A stretch of DNA of 64,000 nucleotides from contig NC_086097.1 of assembly GCF_963921235.1 (NCBI RefSeq), forward strand, positions 125,552,001-125,616,000. Direction: 5' to 3'. The position numbers were made by a program, and so were the translations under genes. The notes under the pieces are model-generated. The model worked only from the letters and a program-made list of their open reading frames with translations, did no database searches and was not told where the DNA came from. Numbering within the stretch: the first letter of the stretch is position 1; each line of letters opens with the position of its first letter. Positions 24,569 to 35,892 of the stretch are shown piece by piece. The DNA comes from Mobula hypostoma (taxonomy: Eukaryota).

Positions 24569-27500
24569 TTGATTGGAGATGCATCCACCATTTGCATACC
24601 ACACCCTCTGCAAGAGTCAATGGAAAGCAAATTAAGGAAGGTACTAGATGATGTCACAGCAGTGTTCAAGGATGGCATGGACAACTCAAACATATCAAGG
24701 GTAAAACAGTGCTAAATGAAAATGCCACACTCAAGTTTTACACAGCCCATCCAGTTCCTTATAACATCCGTGATAAAACAGCCAGTGAGTTAGAGTGCAT
24801 GGAGGCTGAAGGAGTTCTTTCCAAGGCTGAGTGGAGCCCATGGGCAATGCCAGTGGTCCCAGTAGCCGAGAAGAATGGGTTTATCAGGATCTGGGATGAT
24901 TTTAAGGTCAACATCAGTACTGAAAGTAGATCAATACCCTCTGCCCAAGATAGGGGATATCCTTGCAAACCTCTCAGGGGGAAAACAATTTAGGAAAATG
25001 GACTTATCTGAGGCATACCCACAGATGGAAATGGAAGAAGACTCCAAGAAGAGTCGAAAAGAAGTGTCATAAACACTCACAAAGGGTTTTATCGCTACAA
25101 TAGGCTTATTTCTGGAGTAGCATCTACACCTGCACTCTGGCAGAAAGCTATTTACCAGGCACAGTATTACCTGGATGACATCATTGTTGCTGGTAAGGAT
25201 GTCAAGGAACTTCTCCAAAATCTCAAGACAGTGTTAAAAAAGATTAGAAGATTACGGGCTCAGAGCACAACACAACAAAAGTGAATTCCTTAAACCAAGT
25301 ATCACTTGCTGTGATCAAACTATTGATGCACAAGGATTACACAAGAGTGGTGAGAACATTCAAGCAGTGGTGGATGCTCCAAGGCCAAAGGATTTGTCGA
25401 TTTACTATGACAGATTCCTGCCATACCTAGCTACTGTGCTCCACCCCTTGAACTCATTACTACAAATTGGGAAGAAATGGCACTGGACAAATCAGTGTGA
25501 GGTGGCTTTCCAAAAGGTAAAAGAAAGTAGCCGAGTTAAACATTATACTCACACATCATGATCCTCATCATCTAGTGAAGCTTGCCATGCACTGATTGGG
25601 CTGCCAACACATTCAGAAGAAAGGTATCCTGAGCTGTCAGAGCCACATCCTGCAGTCCCAGAGACAATTCCTACAACCACCACAAAGGAGACCCCAACCT
25701 GAGATTGTTTCACATCCACAAGTCTCACCTGCCAAGCAGAGTGACCCACCCCCCCAACTAGTCAGGAAAGACATTATCCCACCAGAGTAAGATATCCTCC
25801 ACAGCGATTAAAACTTCAGGCCTGAATGGGTCAAGTTAAAATTTACTATGCTGTCGATGTCTATCAACATGGGGTGCTGATCTGGGGATTCAGAGGGGTG
25901 GAGCAGAAGGGGGAAATTTGACTGTGGAAGATGCCAGTGGAGGTAGTGGATGATGGGTCCCATTTCAACATCTGACAGAAGCTTGGATAAGTACACAGAT
26001 GGAAGGAGTATGAAAGGGTTATGATCCAGGTGTGAGTCGGTTGGATGAAGTAAAATAATAGTTTGGCATGGATTAGACAGGCCAAAGGGCCTGTTTCTGT
26101 GCTGTTGTGTCTGAATCTAAGTATGGAATCTGGGACCTCATCTACCTTCTCCAATAGGTAATGGATCTATCACTTTACGTCTCATTGACTCTGGGGAGAA
26201 GTGCAAGGAAGAAATAGTTTCCCAGTTACAACCATTTTAAGGTTTTCCAGTATGTCAGCAAAGCCCCCTAGACACCCTAGTCATCCTCTCTTCTCCTCTC
26301 TGCCGTCAGATAGAAGATACAAAAGCCTGAGAGAATGAACCACCAGACTCAAGGACAGTTTCTATACCACTCTTCTCAGAATCTTAAACAAATCTGTCAT
26401 ACACTAAAAGATGAACTCTTGAGCTCCCAAGCAACACACACAAAATGCTGGAGGAGCTCAGCAGGACAGGCAGCATCAATGGAAAAGAGTATAGTCAGTG
26501 TTTCGGAATGAGACTCTTCAGCAGGACTGGAGAAAAAAAGATTTAAAAGGTGGGGGAGGGGAGAGAGAAACACAAGGTGATAGGTGAAACCGGGAGGTGG
26601 GGGGGATAAAGTAAAGAGCTGGGAAGGTGATTGGTGAAAGAGACAGAAGGCCATGGAAGAAAGAAAAGGGGGAAGGAGCGCCAGAGGGAGGTGATGGGCA
26701 GGCAAGATAAGGTGAGAGAGGGAAAAGAGGATGGGATATGGTGAAGGAGAGGGGACGGGGGGGAGGGTGGGGAGCATTACTGGAAGTTTGAGAAATCAGT
26801 GTTCATGCCATCAGGTTGGAGGCTACCCAAATGGAATATAAGATGTTGTTCCTCCAACCTAAGTGTGGCCTCATCATGACAGTGGAGGAGGCCATGGACA
26901 GACATAGCAGAGTAGGAATGGGAAGTGAAATTAAAATGGGTGGCCACTGGGAGATCCCGCTTTTTCTGGCAGACGGAGCGTAGGTGCTCAGTGAAGCACT
27001 GACTGATTGATTTAGATAGATAGACAGACAGACAGATAGATATACAGTGCAGGATAGGCCCTTCTGGCTCTTTGCGCCACAGCACCCAGCGACCCCCAAT
27101 TGAACCCTAGCCTATCCACAGGACAATTGACAATAACCAATGAACCTACCAACCAGAAGGTTTTTGAAATCTGAGAGGAACCCAGAGCACCCAGAAGAAA
27201 CCCATGCTGTCATGGAGAGAACATACTAACTCCTTACGGACAGCGGCAGGAATTGAACCTGGGTTGCAGGTACTATGCTAACCACTACGCCACTATGCCG
27301 TAGTGGGAGAAACAGTTAATACTTCATCATTAAGAGAGTTTGTCTCTCTCTACAGACACTGGCTGTCTGCTGGGCATTTCTAGCATTCTCCATTTGGGTT
27401 TCTGGTTTCACAAGTTTGATCTGAATTTCACTGCTTTAACATGAAAGGACTGTTTAGGGCCTGAATGGTAGCGAGGGAGGAGGTGTAGGGACAGGTGTAG

Positions 27501-27800
27501 CACTTGTTCTGTTTGCAAGAATAAGTGCCAGGAGGGAGATCAGTGGGGAGGGACAAATGGACAAGGGAGTCACGTAGGGAGCAATCCCTGCGGAAAGCAG
27601 AAAGTGGGGTGGGGGGGGAGGGAAAGATGGGATAGTGGTGGGATCCCGCTGGAGATGGCAGAGGTTCTGGAGAATTATGTACTGGATGCAGAGGCTGGTG
27701 GGGTGGTAGGTGAGGACAAGGTGAACCCTATCCTTGTTAGGGTGGCGAGAGGATGGGGTAAGCGCAGACATGCATGAAATGGAAGAAATGCGGTTGAGGG

Positions 27801-27874
27801 CAGTGTTGATGGTGGAGGAAGCTTTGAAAAAGGAGGACAGTGTTGATGGTGGAGGAAGCTTTGAAAAAGGAGGA
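27801..27874 (+). repeat. Perfect 37-bp tandem duplication inside the PLE
   Basis: cagtgttgatggtggaggaagctttgaaaaaggagga x2. Confidence 0.95.
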
Positions 27875-28084
27875 CATCTCCATTGTGCTAGAATGAAAAG
27901 CCTCATCCTGACAGCAGATGGGGTGGAGACACAGCATTTGAGAGAAGAGGGGTGGGAAGAGGTATAGTTCGGGTAACTGTGAGAGTCCGTGGGTTTATAA
28001 TAGACATCAGTGGATAAGCTATCTCCAAAGATAGAGACAGTGAGATTGAGAAAGGGGAAGGAAATCAGAAATGGACCAGGTAAA

Positions 28085-28775
28085 GGACAAGGCAGGAGGA
28101 GAAGATGGCGGCGCGACACAGCTTGCAGCGGCCTCTCTGGTGGTGATGTCTGTTATTTGTCAAGTAGGGTGCCGTACACAATCCTGGTTTGATGGAGACG
28201 GACGTGAGAGCACGGAGGAACATCTGGTGAAGCTTCTGAAATGCCCGCTTCGCTGCTGCTGCTACTGTGTGGTCCAGAATCTCCGGAGGAGAAGGCCCCG
28301 AGTCCTGAGCTTTGCTTGTTGCTCGGCGACCGGGGCAGGGTCGAAGCACTCGGCAGAGGATGGTGCTCGGAGAGGCTGTGTCGGAGGGGCTGGTGGAAAG
28401 CTCGAAGTTTTCAGACGGACTCAGAGTCTGCTGCGGTTGGGTGCTTCCAATGGTGCTGCATCAGCGAGTTGGCGGCGCTAGAGGTTCATGACAGGGACAG
28501 TTTCTCCCTTCTGCTGCCTGCGTGAGAAGATGAGTCTATCGGGACTTTGAGACTTTTTTTTGCCGTGCCGATGGTCTGCTCTTTATCAAATTACGGTATT
28601 GTTTTGCACTGTCATAACTATATGTTATAATTATGTGGTTTTGTCAGTTTTAGTCTTGGTTTGTCCTGTGTTTTCTTGTGATATCATTCTGGAGGAACAT
28701 TGTATCATTTTTTAATGCATGCATTTCTAAATGACAATAAACGAGGACTGAGTGTCCTCATAATCTAATCTAATC
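28085..28775 (+). mobile_element. Young CpG-rich ~690-bp non-autonomous retroelement with (TAATC)n tail
   Basis: Interrupts PLE sequence ggtaaa|(c/t)ttgagggc with TAAA on both sides; 5' AAGATGGCGGC; 3' AATAAA, hairpin GAGGAC-TGAGT-GTCCTC, (TAATC)3. Confidence 0.75.
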
Positions 28776-30464
28776 TAAATTTGAGGGCAGGGTGGAAGTT
28801 GGAGGCAAAGTGGACGAAGTTGACGAGTTCAGCATGGATGCAGGAAGAAGCACCAATGCAGTCGTCGATGTAGTGTAGGAAAAGTGTGGAACGGTCACCA
28901 GTGTAGGCTTGAAAGACAGACTGTTACACGTAGCCGACAAACAGGCAGGCATAGCTGGGACCCATGCAAGTGCCCATTGCTACACCTTTTGTTTGAAGGA
29001 AGTGGGGAGGAGCCAAAGGAGAAATTATTTAGAATGAGGACAAGTCCCTCTAGGCAGAGGAGAGTGGCAGTGGAGAACTGGTTAGGTCTGGTGTCCAGTG
29101 AGAAACAGAGAGTTATGAGGCCTTCCTGGTGGGGATGGAACTCTCAATCTAATTTATGGTTGCTAATTTCTCAATCTCATTACATCTCTCTGCAACTTCA
29201 ACACAATATTCTGTGTTCTGTTTAATTTTTATTACCTCAATGTACTTACTATATGTATGGCATTATCTATCTGGATGGCATATGGTACAAAAGCCTTAAA
29301 CTATATCTCAGCACATGTGACAACAGTAAACCAAAACCAATAAATATTAAAAATAACTGGTAGGTTGGATGGATTTAAGGACTGAACGACTCATGTTCTT
29401 AATATTTTCTATTTATTTATTTATTTGCTTTTATCTATCTACCATTTTTAAATGTGTGCAATTAGTCCTCTTTTACACATTGGCTGTTTGTCTATGTATA
29501 GTTTTCATAAATTCCATTGTATTTCTTTAATTTCCTGTAAATGCCCGCAAGGAAATGAATCTCAGGGTAGCATATGGTGACATATACAAACTTTGATAAT
29601 AAATTTACCTTAACTTTGTCTTTGAGTGACCGGTGGAAGAACTGAGAGGAACCAAAAATTCAAACAGCAGCAGTGAAAACCAAATCCAGAAACTATTTCT
29701 TCATACAAATAGGTTTGGAATGTGGAATGCACTGGAGCCGCAGGCCAAAGATGCAGGGTTGTCTGAACAACTTAAAAAAGGTACGCACTCTGTTGAGAAT
29801 TAAGGGTTTGAAGACAATCTGAACTGTGAGTGAGGATCTGGGATTAGACAGATAGAGGAACTCAGCAGGTCAAGCAGCAGCTGCTGTGAATGCCTGCAAG
29901 AAAATGAATCTCAAAGCAGTATATGGTAGCTTATACATACTTTGATAATAAATGTACTTTCAACTTTGAACTTTGAACAGTTTGTGTGTGAAGTCTCTGA
30001 ATTTCCAGCATCTGCAGAATCTCATGCTCAAACAGATAGTGTACCCTCCTTGATGAACCGGCAGTAGACTTGATGTGTCAAAGGGTCCCACCCTCTTGCT
30101 AAACTCCTAGAGGCTAATGCAATGCAGATGTTACTGTCTTCATAAAAGCTAAACAGTGACTTCTGTGCCAATGAATTCATTGGAAAGAATGACCCTCCAT
30201 CCCCCATATTTTGTCATCTGTTATTTTTCTGCTGCCTTGATGCAGCTGTTGCTAATTCCGAAGACTGCACTCAAATGGAACACTGCTACTGATCCGTAAA
30301 GTCATTGGAAGTTTCTGTACAGCCATGTCATCTTAACCCTTCATAGCCCTGTGCATGGGCTTGTCAGAGAGGACAGAAGCAATGGCCATATACTCTATGT
30401 ATAAATGGACACATTCGAATAGTGCATTTTGTTTTACTGGATTGCCTTTCCATTTACACTGTCA

Positions 30465-31500
30465 TAGCCGTGGAGGGGGTGATAGTAGGGATGAGCTCCT
30501 ACTACCCATTAAATGCTCCCAATGGTTTGCATCTCAGATAGGCTCTGGAACCCAGCCAGGCTCCTGGCCTTCACGTGTAGCTTAACTACTAAGCCCAGCA
30601 GAACCACTTCTACTGACAGGAGAAGGGGCAAAGCGGGGTTATTGGCGCCTGTCACTTCGGGCAGATGGGGCTCGTCAGCCATGGTTGGCAGCACATCTGG
30701 GAGAAGGAAAACTCTGATTTCAAGCCTCCACTGCCTTGTGGCTATACCCACTCATGGGGAAGGCTTCGTGAGTAAACCTGAGGAAAAATCCAACGTTGGA
30801 GTCCCTAAGACAGTCCTACATTGAGTTCAAAGCTGACTCACAACTCTTGCAACGCCACTGTTCCAAACGGTATCGGTCACTGCCATTCCTTTCAATTCCT
30901 CAGCTGTGTGGACAGGGGAATCTTACTGTATTGGCAACAGCTTCTTTCCATATCATACTGCACTGGCTTGCACATTGATGTAGACAGCTAAGACACAACA
31001 TTTATGGTCGATCCTGATTAATGGAGGGCCTCCATATATTGATTCTGTGTATTTGTTATTTTTTATTGTGTTCTTTACGCCTATGGTGTTTTTTATGCTG
31101 CATTGGATCTGGAATAACAATCATTCTGTTCTTTCTACTTCTCAGAGGATCAGAGATCCCAGCGCAATGCCATCTGGAGGTTAGCCATCTGGCGCTTAGG
31201 TGCTGGTAGAGTGACCCACGGACGTAAGATCAAAAGGGAGGTTCCAGACAGACAGCGATCCAATCAAGACCTCAACAGTGGAGCTGGCAGAAGATGATGA
31301 CCCATCACAATGAGATGGTGGAGGAAACTGCAGCAGTGAAGGGTCCCAAGTCATCTGTCATACCATGCCATTGAACCCTGACCCCGATCTGTCATGGACC
31401 GTGTGGTGGCTGCTCATGCATCAGTCTCCCTACATTTAACAAAGTCATGCACAGGCGCTCTCCATTAAAGGAATAGCCACATTGGAAAATATCATACTAA
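30465..31500 (+). mobile_element. Probable RTE-clade 5'-UTR-derived non-autonomous fragments (two pieces, ~30465-31030 and ~31140-31500)
   Basis: Contains GGAGAAGGAAAACTCTGATTTCAA and gtagagtgaccca...ggaggttccagaca motifs recalled from RTE/Expander 5' regions. Confidence 0.45.
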
Positions 31501-32132
31501 GCTCGTGTACCGAAGGATAACAATAAACAATCATGAGTCTTGACTCTCGAACTGACATGCTAACTTGCTTGCTCCTTAATTGCTGCTTACTCACTGTGCA
31601 TACAAGTCATGAATTAAAAGCGTTCTTAATTACTCACACAAAATCCGTTTACAATTAATCACTCTAAGCTGGAGAGCAGGGAGCAGTAACACTGCAGACG
31701 AGGCGAATACTCCAGAGGTCACTGACACAGTGTTTAAATGTGATTTTGTCAAAGCTTGTTTCTCCAGATGGTCTATTTAGACCATAAGACTTCACGGTAA
31801 CGTAGCTGTTAGCACAACGCTATTATATCTTAGGGCGCCGGAGTTCAGAGTTCAATCCCAGCGTCCTCTGTAAGGAGTCTGTATGCCCTCCGCATGGCCG
31901 CGTGGCTTTCCTCAAAGTGCTTCAGCTTCCTCCCACAGTCTGAAAATGTACTAATTGGTAGGTTAATTGGTCAGTGTAAATTGTCCGGTGATAAGGGTGG
32001 TGCAGCTCGAAGGGCCAGAAAAGCTGTATCTCTAAATAAAGTACATTTTTTTAAAAGACCAGAAGGCATAGGAGCAGAATTAAGCCATTCGGCCCATCAA
32101 ATCAGCACTGCCATTCCATCATGGCTGACTTG

Positions 32133-32969
32133 ACGTGTAAGGAATCTGGAGCAGCAGCTGGATGACCTTCGACTCGTAAGGGAGAATGAGGCAGTCATAG
32201 ATGAGAGCTACAGGGAGGTAGTCACACCTAGGCTGCCGGAAGCAAGTTGTTGGGTGACAGTCAGAGGGGGGAAAACGAAGGTGAGCAGACAGGTAGTGCA
32301 GAGCACCCCTGTAGCCATTCCCCTGAATAATAGTAAGTTTACCGTCCTGGATACTGTTGGCGGGGACGACCGACCAGGTGTGAGCCACGGTGGCAGGGCC
32401 TTTGGCACTGAGTCTGACCCTGTGGTGCAGAAGGGTGGGACGGAGAAGAGGAGAGCTGTCGTCATTGGAGATTCTATAGTCAGGGGAACAGACAGGAGAT
32501 TTTGTGGACGTGAGAAGGACACCCGCAGGGTTTGTTGCCTCCTGGGTGCCAGGGTCCGGGATGTCTCTGACCGGGTGCACGACATCCTGGTACGAGAGGG
32601 AAAGCAACCAGAAGTTGTGATACATGTTGGTGCCAATGACATAGGCAGGAAGGCAGGAAGAGGGCTGAGGTCCTGAAGTGTGAGTTTCAGGAACTAGGCA
32701 GAAGGCTGAAGAACAGGACCTCAAGGGTGGCGTTCTCAGGACTGCTGCCAGTGCTACGTGATAGTGATGGTAAGAATTGGAGGAGATGGCAGTTGAATCC
32801 GTGGCTGAGGAGTTGCTGCAGGAGACAGGGTTTTAGATTTTTGGATCATTGGGATCTCTTCTAGGGAAGATGGGACTTGTACAGACTGGATGGATTCCAC
32901 CTGAACTCGAGGGGAAGCAATATCCTCGCAGGTAGGTTTGCTAGCATGGTTCGGGAGGGTTTAAACTAA
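32133..32969 (+). pseudogene. CR1 ORF1 (coiled coil + SGNH/GDSL esterase), frameshift and stop
   Basis: VVIGDSIVRG, CCLLGARV, VIHVGANDI; frame break ~32655, TAG ~32862. Confidence 0.85.
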
Positions 32970-33107
32970 TTTGCAAGGGGGATGGGACCCGGAGCGTTAG
33001 AGCAGTGGAAGAAGTGCATGGAGTAAAGCCAGATCTAATATATAGAGAGGCTTTGAGGAAAGAGAAGCAGAATAAAGGATGTAAAGGTAGCAAGGTAGAA
33101 GGGCTAA

Positions 33108-34188
33108 AGTACGTGTACTTCAATACAAGAAGCATCAGGAACAAAGGTGATGAACTGAGAGCTTGGATACATACATGGAATTATGATGTAGTGGCCATTA
33201 CAGAGACTTGGCTGGCACCAGGGCAGGAATGGATTCTCAATATTCCTGGATTTCAGTGCTTTATAAGGGATAGAGAGAGGGGGGGAGGGGAGGAGGGGTG
33301 GCATTACTGGTCAGGAATACTATTACTGCTACAGAAAGGGTGGGTAATGAAGCAGGATCCTCTTCTGAGTCAGTATGGGTGGAAGTCAGGAACAGGAAGG
33401 GAGCAGTTACTCTATTGGGAGTATTCTATAGGCCCCCGGTGGCAGCAGAGATACCGAGGAGCAGATTGGGAGGCAGATTTTGGAAAGGTGCAAAAATAAC
33501 AGGGTTGTTATCATGGGTGACTTTAACTTCCCTAATATTGATTGGCACCTGATTAGTTCCAATGGTTTAGACGAGGCAGAGTTTGTTAAGTGTGTCCAGG
33601 ACGGATTCCTGTCACAGTATGTGGACAGGCCGACTAGGGGGAATGCCATACTAGATCTAGTATTAGGTAATGAACCAAGTCAGGTCACAGATCTCTCAGT
33701 GGGTGAGCATCTGGGGGACAGTGACCACCGCTCCCTGGCCTTTAATATTATCATGGAAAAGGATAGAATCAGAGAGGACAGGAAAATTTTTAATTGGGGA
33801 AGGGCAAATTATGAGGCTATAAGGCTAGAACTTGCAGGTGCGAATTGGGATGAAGTTTTTGCAGGGAAATGTACTATGGACATGTGGTCGATGTTTAGGG
33901 ATCTCTTGCAGGATATTAGGGATAAATTTGTCCCAATGAGGAAGATAAAGAATGGTAGGGTGAAGGAACCATGGGTGACAAGTGAGGTGGAAAATCTAGT
34001 CAGGTGGAAGAAGGCAGCATACATGAGGTTTAGGAAGCAAGGATCAGAGGGGTCTATTGAGGAATATAGGGTAGTAAGAGAGGAGCTTAAGAAGGGGCTG
34101 AGGAGAGCAAGAAGGGGGCATGACAAGGCCTTGGCGAGTAGGGTAAAGGAAAACCTCAAGGCATTCTTCAACAAAGAAGAACAAAAGG
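33108..34188 (+). pseudogene. CR1 ORF2 apurinic endonuclease domain, frameshifted
   Basis: YFNTRSI, VAITETW, MGDFNFP, LDLVL, GDSDH spread over three frames. Confidence 0.9.
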
Positions 34189-35892
34189 ATGACAGGAGTA
34201 AAGGTACAACTGATTAGAGATAAAGGTGGGAAGATGTGCCTGGAAGTTGTGGAAGTGAGCGAGGTGCTCAATGAATACTTCTCTTCGGTATTCACCAATG
34301 AGAGGGAACTTGATGATGGTGAGGACAATATGAGTGAGCTTGATGTTCTGGAGCATGTTGATATTAAGGGAGAGGAGGTGTTGGAGTTGTTAAAATACAT
34401 TAGGACGGATAAGTCCACGAGGCCTGATGGAATATTCCCCAGGTTGTTCCATGAGGTGAGAGAAGAGATTGCTGAGCCTCTGGCTAGGATATTTATGTCC
34501 TTGTTGTCCACGGGAATGGTATCGGAGGATTGGAGGGAGGCGAATGTTGTCCCCTTGTTCAAAAAAGGTAGTAGGGATAGTCTGGGTAATTGTAGACCAG
34601 TGAGCCTTACGTCTGTGGTGGGAAAGCTGTTGGAAAAGATTCTTAGAGATAGGGTCTATGGGCATTTAGAGAATCATGGTCTGGTCAGGGACAGTCAGCA
34701 TGGCTTTGTGAAGGGCAGATCATGTCTAACAAGCCTGATAGAGCTCTTTGAGGAGGTGTCAAGGCATATAGATGGGGGTAGTGCAGTGGATGTGATCTAC
34801 ATGGATCTTAGTAAGGCATTTGACAAGGTTCCACACAGTAGGCTTATTCAGGAAGTCAGAAGGCATGGGATCCAGGGAAGTTTGGCCAGGTGGATTCAGA
34901 ATTGGCTTGCCTGCAGAAAGCAGAGGGTAGTGATGGAGGGAGTACATTCAGATTGGAGGGTTGTGACTAGTGGTGTCCCACAAGGATCGGTTCTGGGACC
35001 TCTATTTTTCATGATTTTTATTAACGGCCTGGATGTTGGGGTAGAAGGGTGGGTTGGCAAGTTTGCAGACGACACAAAGGTTGGTGGTGTTGTGGATAGT
35101 GTAGAGGATTGTCGAAGGTTGCACAAAGACATTGATAGGATGCAGAAGTGGGCTGGGAAGTGGCAGATGGAGTTCAACCCGGAGAAGTGTGATGTGGTAC
35201 ACTTTGGAAGGACAAACTCCAAGGCAGAGTACAAAGTAAATGGCAGGATACTTAACAGTGTGGAGGAGCAGAGGGATCTGGGGGTACATGTCCACAGATC
35301 CCTGAAAGTTGCCTCACAGGTAGATAGGGTAGTTAAGAAAGCTTATGGGGTGTTAGCTTTCATAAGTCGAGGGATAGAGTTTAAGAGTCATGAGATAATG
35401 ATGCAGCTCTATAAAACTTTGGTTAGGCCACACTTGGGGTACTGTGTCCAGTTCTGGTTGTCTCACTATAAGAAGGATGTGGAAGCATTGGAAAGGGTAC
35501 AGAAGAGATTTACCAGGATGCTGCCTGGTTTAGAGATTATAAATTATGATCAGAGATTAAGGGAGCTAGGTCTTTACTCTTTGGAGAGAAGGAGGATGAG
35601 AGGAGACATGATAGAGGTATACAAGATATTAAGAGGAATAGATAGAGTGGACAGCCAGCGCCTCTTCCCCAGGGCACCACTGCTCAATACCAGAGGACGT
35701 GGCTCTAAGGTAAGGGGTGGGAAGTTCAAGGGGGATATTAGAGGAAGGTTTTTTACTCAGAAAGTGGTTGGTGCATGGAATGTACTGCCTGAGACAATGG
35801 TGGAGGCAGATACACTAGTGAAATTTAAGAGACTGCTGGACAGGAATATGGAGGAATTTAAGGTGGGGGGTTATATGGGAGGCAAGGTTTAA
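34189..35892 (+). CDS. CR1 ORF2 reverse transcriptase domain (567-aa open frame, disconnected from APE by frameshift)
   Basis: RPVSLTS, QHGF, DLSKAFDKV, GVPQGSVLGP, FADD, YKTLVRPHL. Confidence 0.9.
   Translation: MTGVKVQLIRDKGGKMCLEVVEVSEVLNEYFSSVFTNERELDDGEDNMSELDVLEHVDIKGEEVLELLKYIRTDKSTRPDGIFPRLFHEVREEIAEPLARIFMSLLSTGMVSEDWREANVVPLFKKGSRDSLGNCRPVSLTSVVGKLLEKILRDRVYGHLENHGLVRDSQHGFVKGRSCLTSLIELFEEVSRHIDGGSAVDVIYMDLSKAFDKVPHSRLIQEVRRHGIQGSLARWIQNWLACRKQRVVMEGVHSDWRVVTSGVPQGSVLGPLFFMIFINGLDVGVEGWVGKFADDTKVGGVVDSVEDCRRLHKDIDRMQKWAGKWQMEFNPEKCDVVHFGRTNSKAEYKVNGRILNSVEEQRDLGVHVHRSLKVASQVDRVVKKAYGVLAFISRGIEFKSHEIMMQLYKTLVRPHLGYCVQFWLSHYKKDVEALERVQKRFTRMLPGLEIINYDQRLRELGLYSLERRRMRGDMIEVYKILRGIDRVDSQRLFPRAPLLNTRGRGSKVRGGKFKGDIRGRFFTQKVVGAWNVLPETMVEADTLVKFKRLLDRNMEEFKVGGYMGGKV

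Larger units (their letters stand above)
22535..25860 (+). mobile_element. Decayed Ty3/Gypsy (Mag-like) LTR retrotransposon: 5' LTR, PBS, gag, protease, RT; integrase and 3' LTR not found
   Basis: LTR ends ...ATAACA at 22752 followed by GTGGCAACGAGG; gag 22996-23427; protease ELDTGSAVSVI; RT PWAMPVVPV, YPLP, DLSEAY, YLDDII. Confidence 0.85.
26425..29140 (-). mobile_element. Second Penelope-like element, fragmented by a V-SINE and by the 28085-28775 insertion
   Basis: GIY-YIG C-terminus (RLEEQHLIFHLGSLQPDGMN), RT YYKPTDSHSY, hammerhead remnant 26493-26528; collinear with 5738-8000. Confidence 0.88.

Noticed and set aside
25895..25925. PPT and start of a 3' LTR for the Gypsy element
   Set aside because: Downstream sequence does not match the 5' LTR; it is a CR1 tail fragment.
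30541..30622. HDV-like ribozyme in RTE-like 5' sequence (CTCCTG/CAGGAG pairing, TTCACGT loop, CTGA junction)
   Set aside because: P3 and P1 do not pair convincingly in this copy and a competing hairpin overlaps; worth retesting only on a family consensus.
33809..35295. Long antisense ORFs opposite CR1 RT (also 51494-52614 and 60340-60633)
   Set aside because: Shadow frames of CR1 coding sequence, repeated only because the copies are near-identical.
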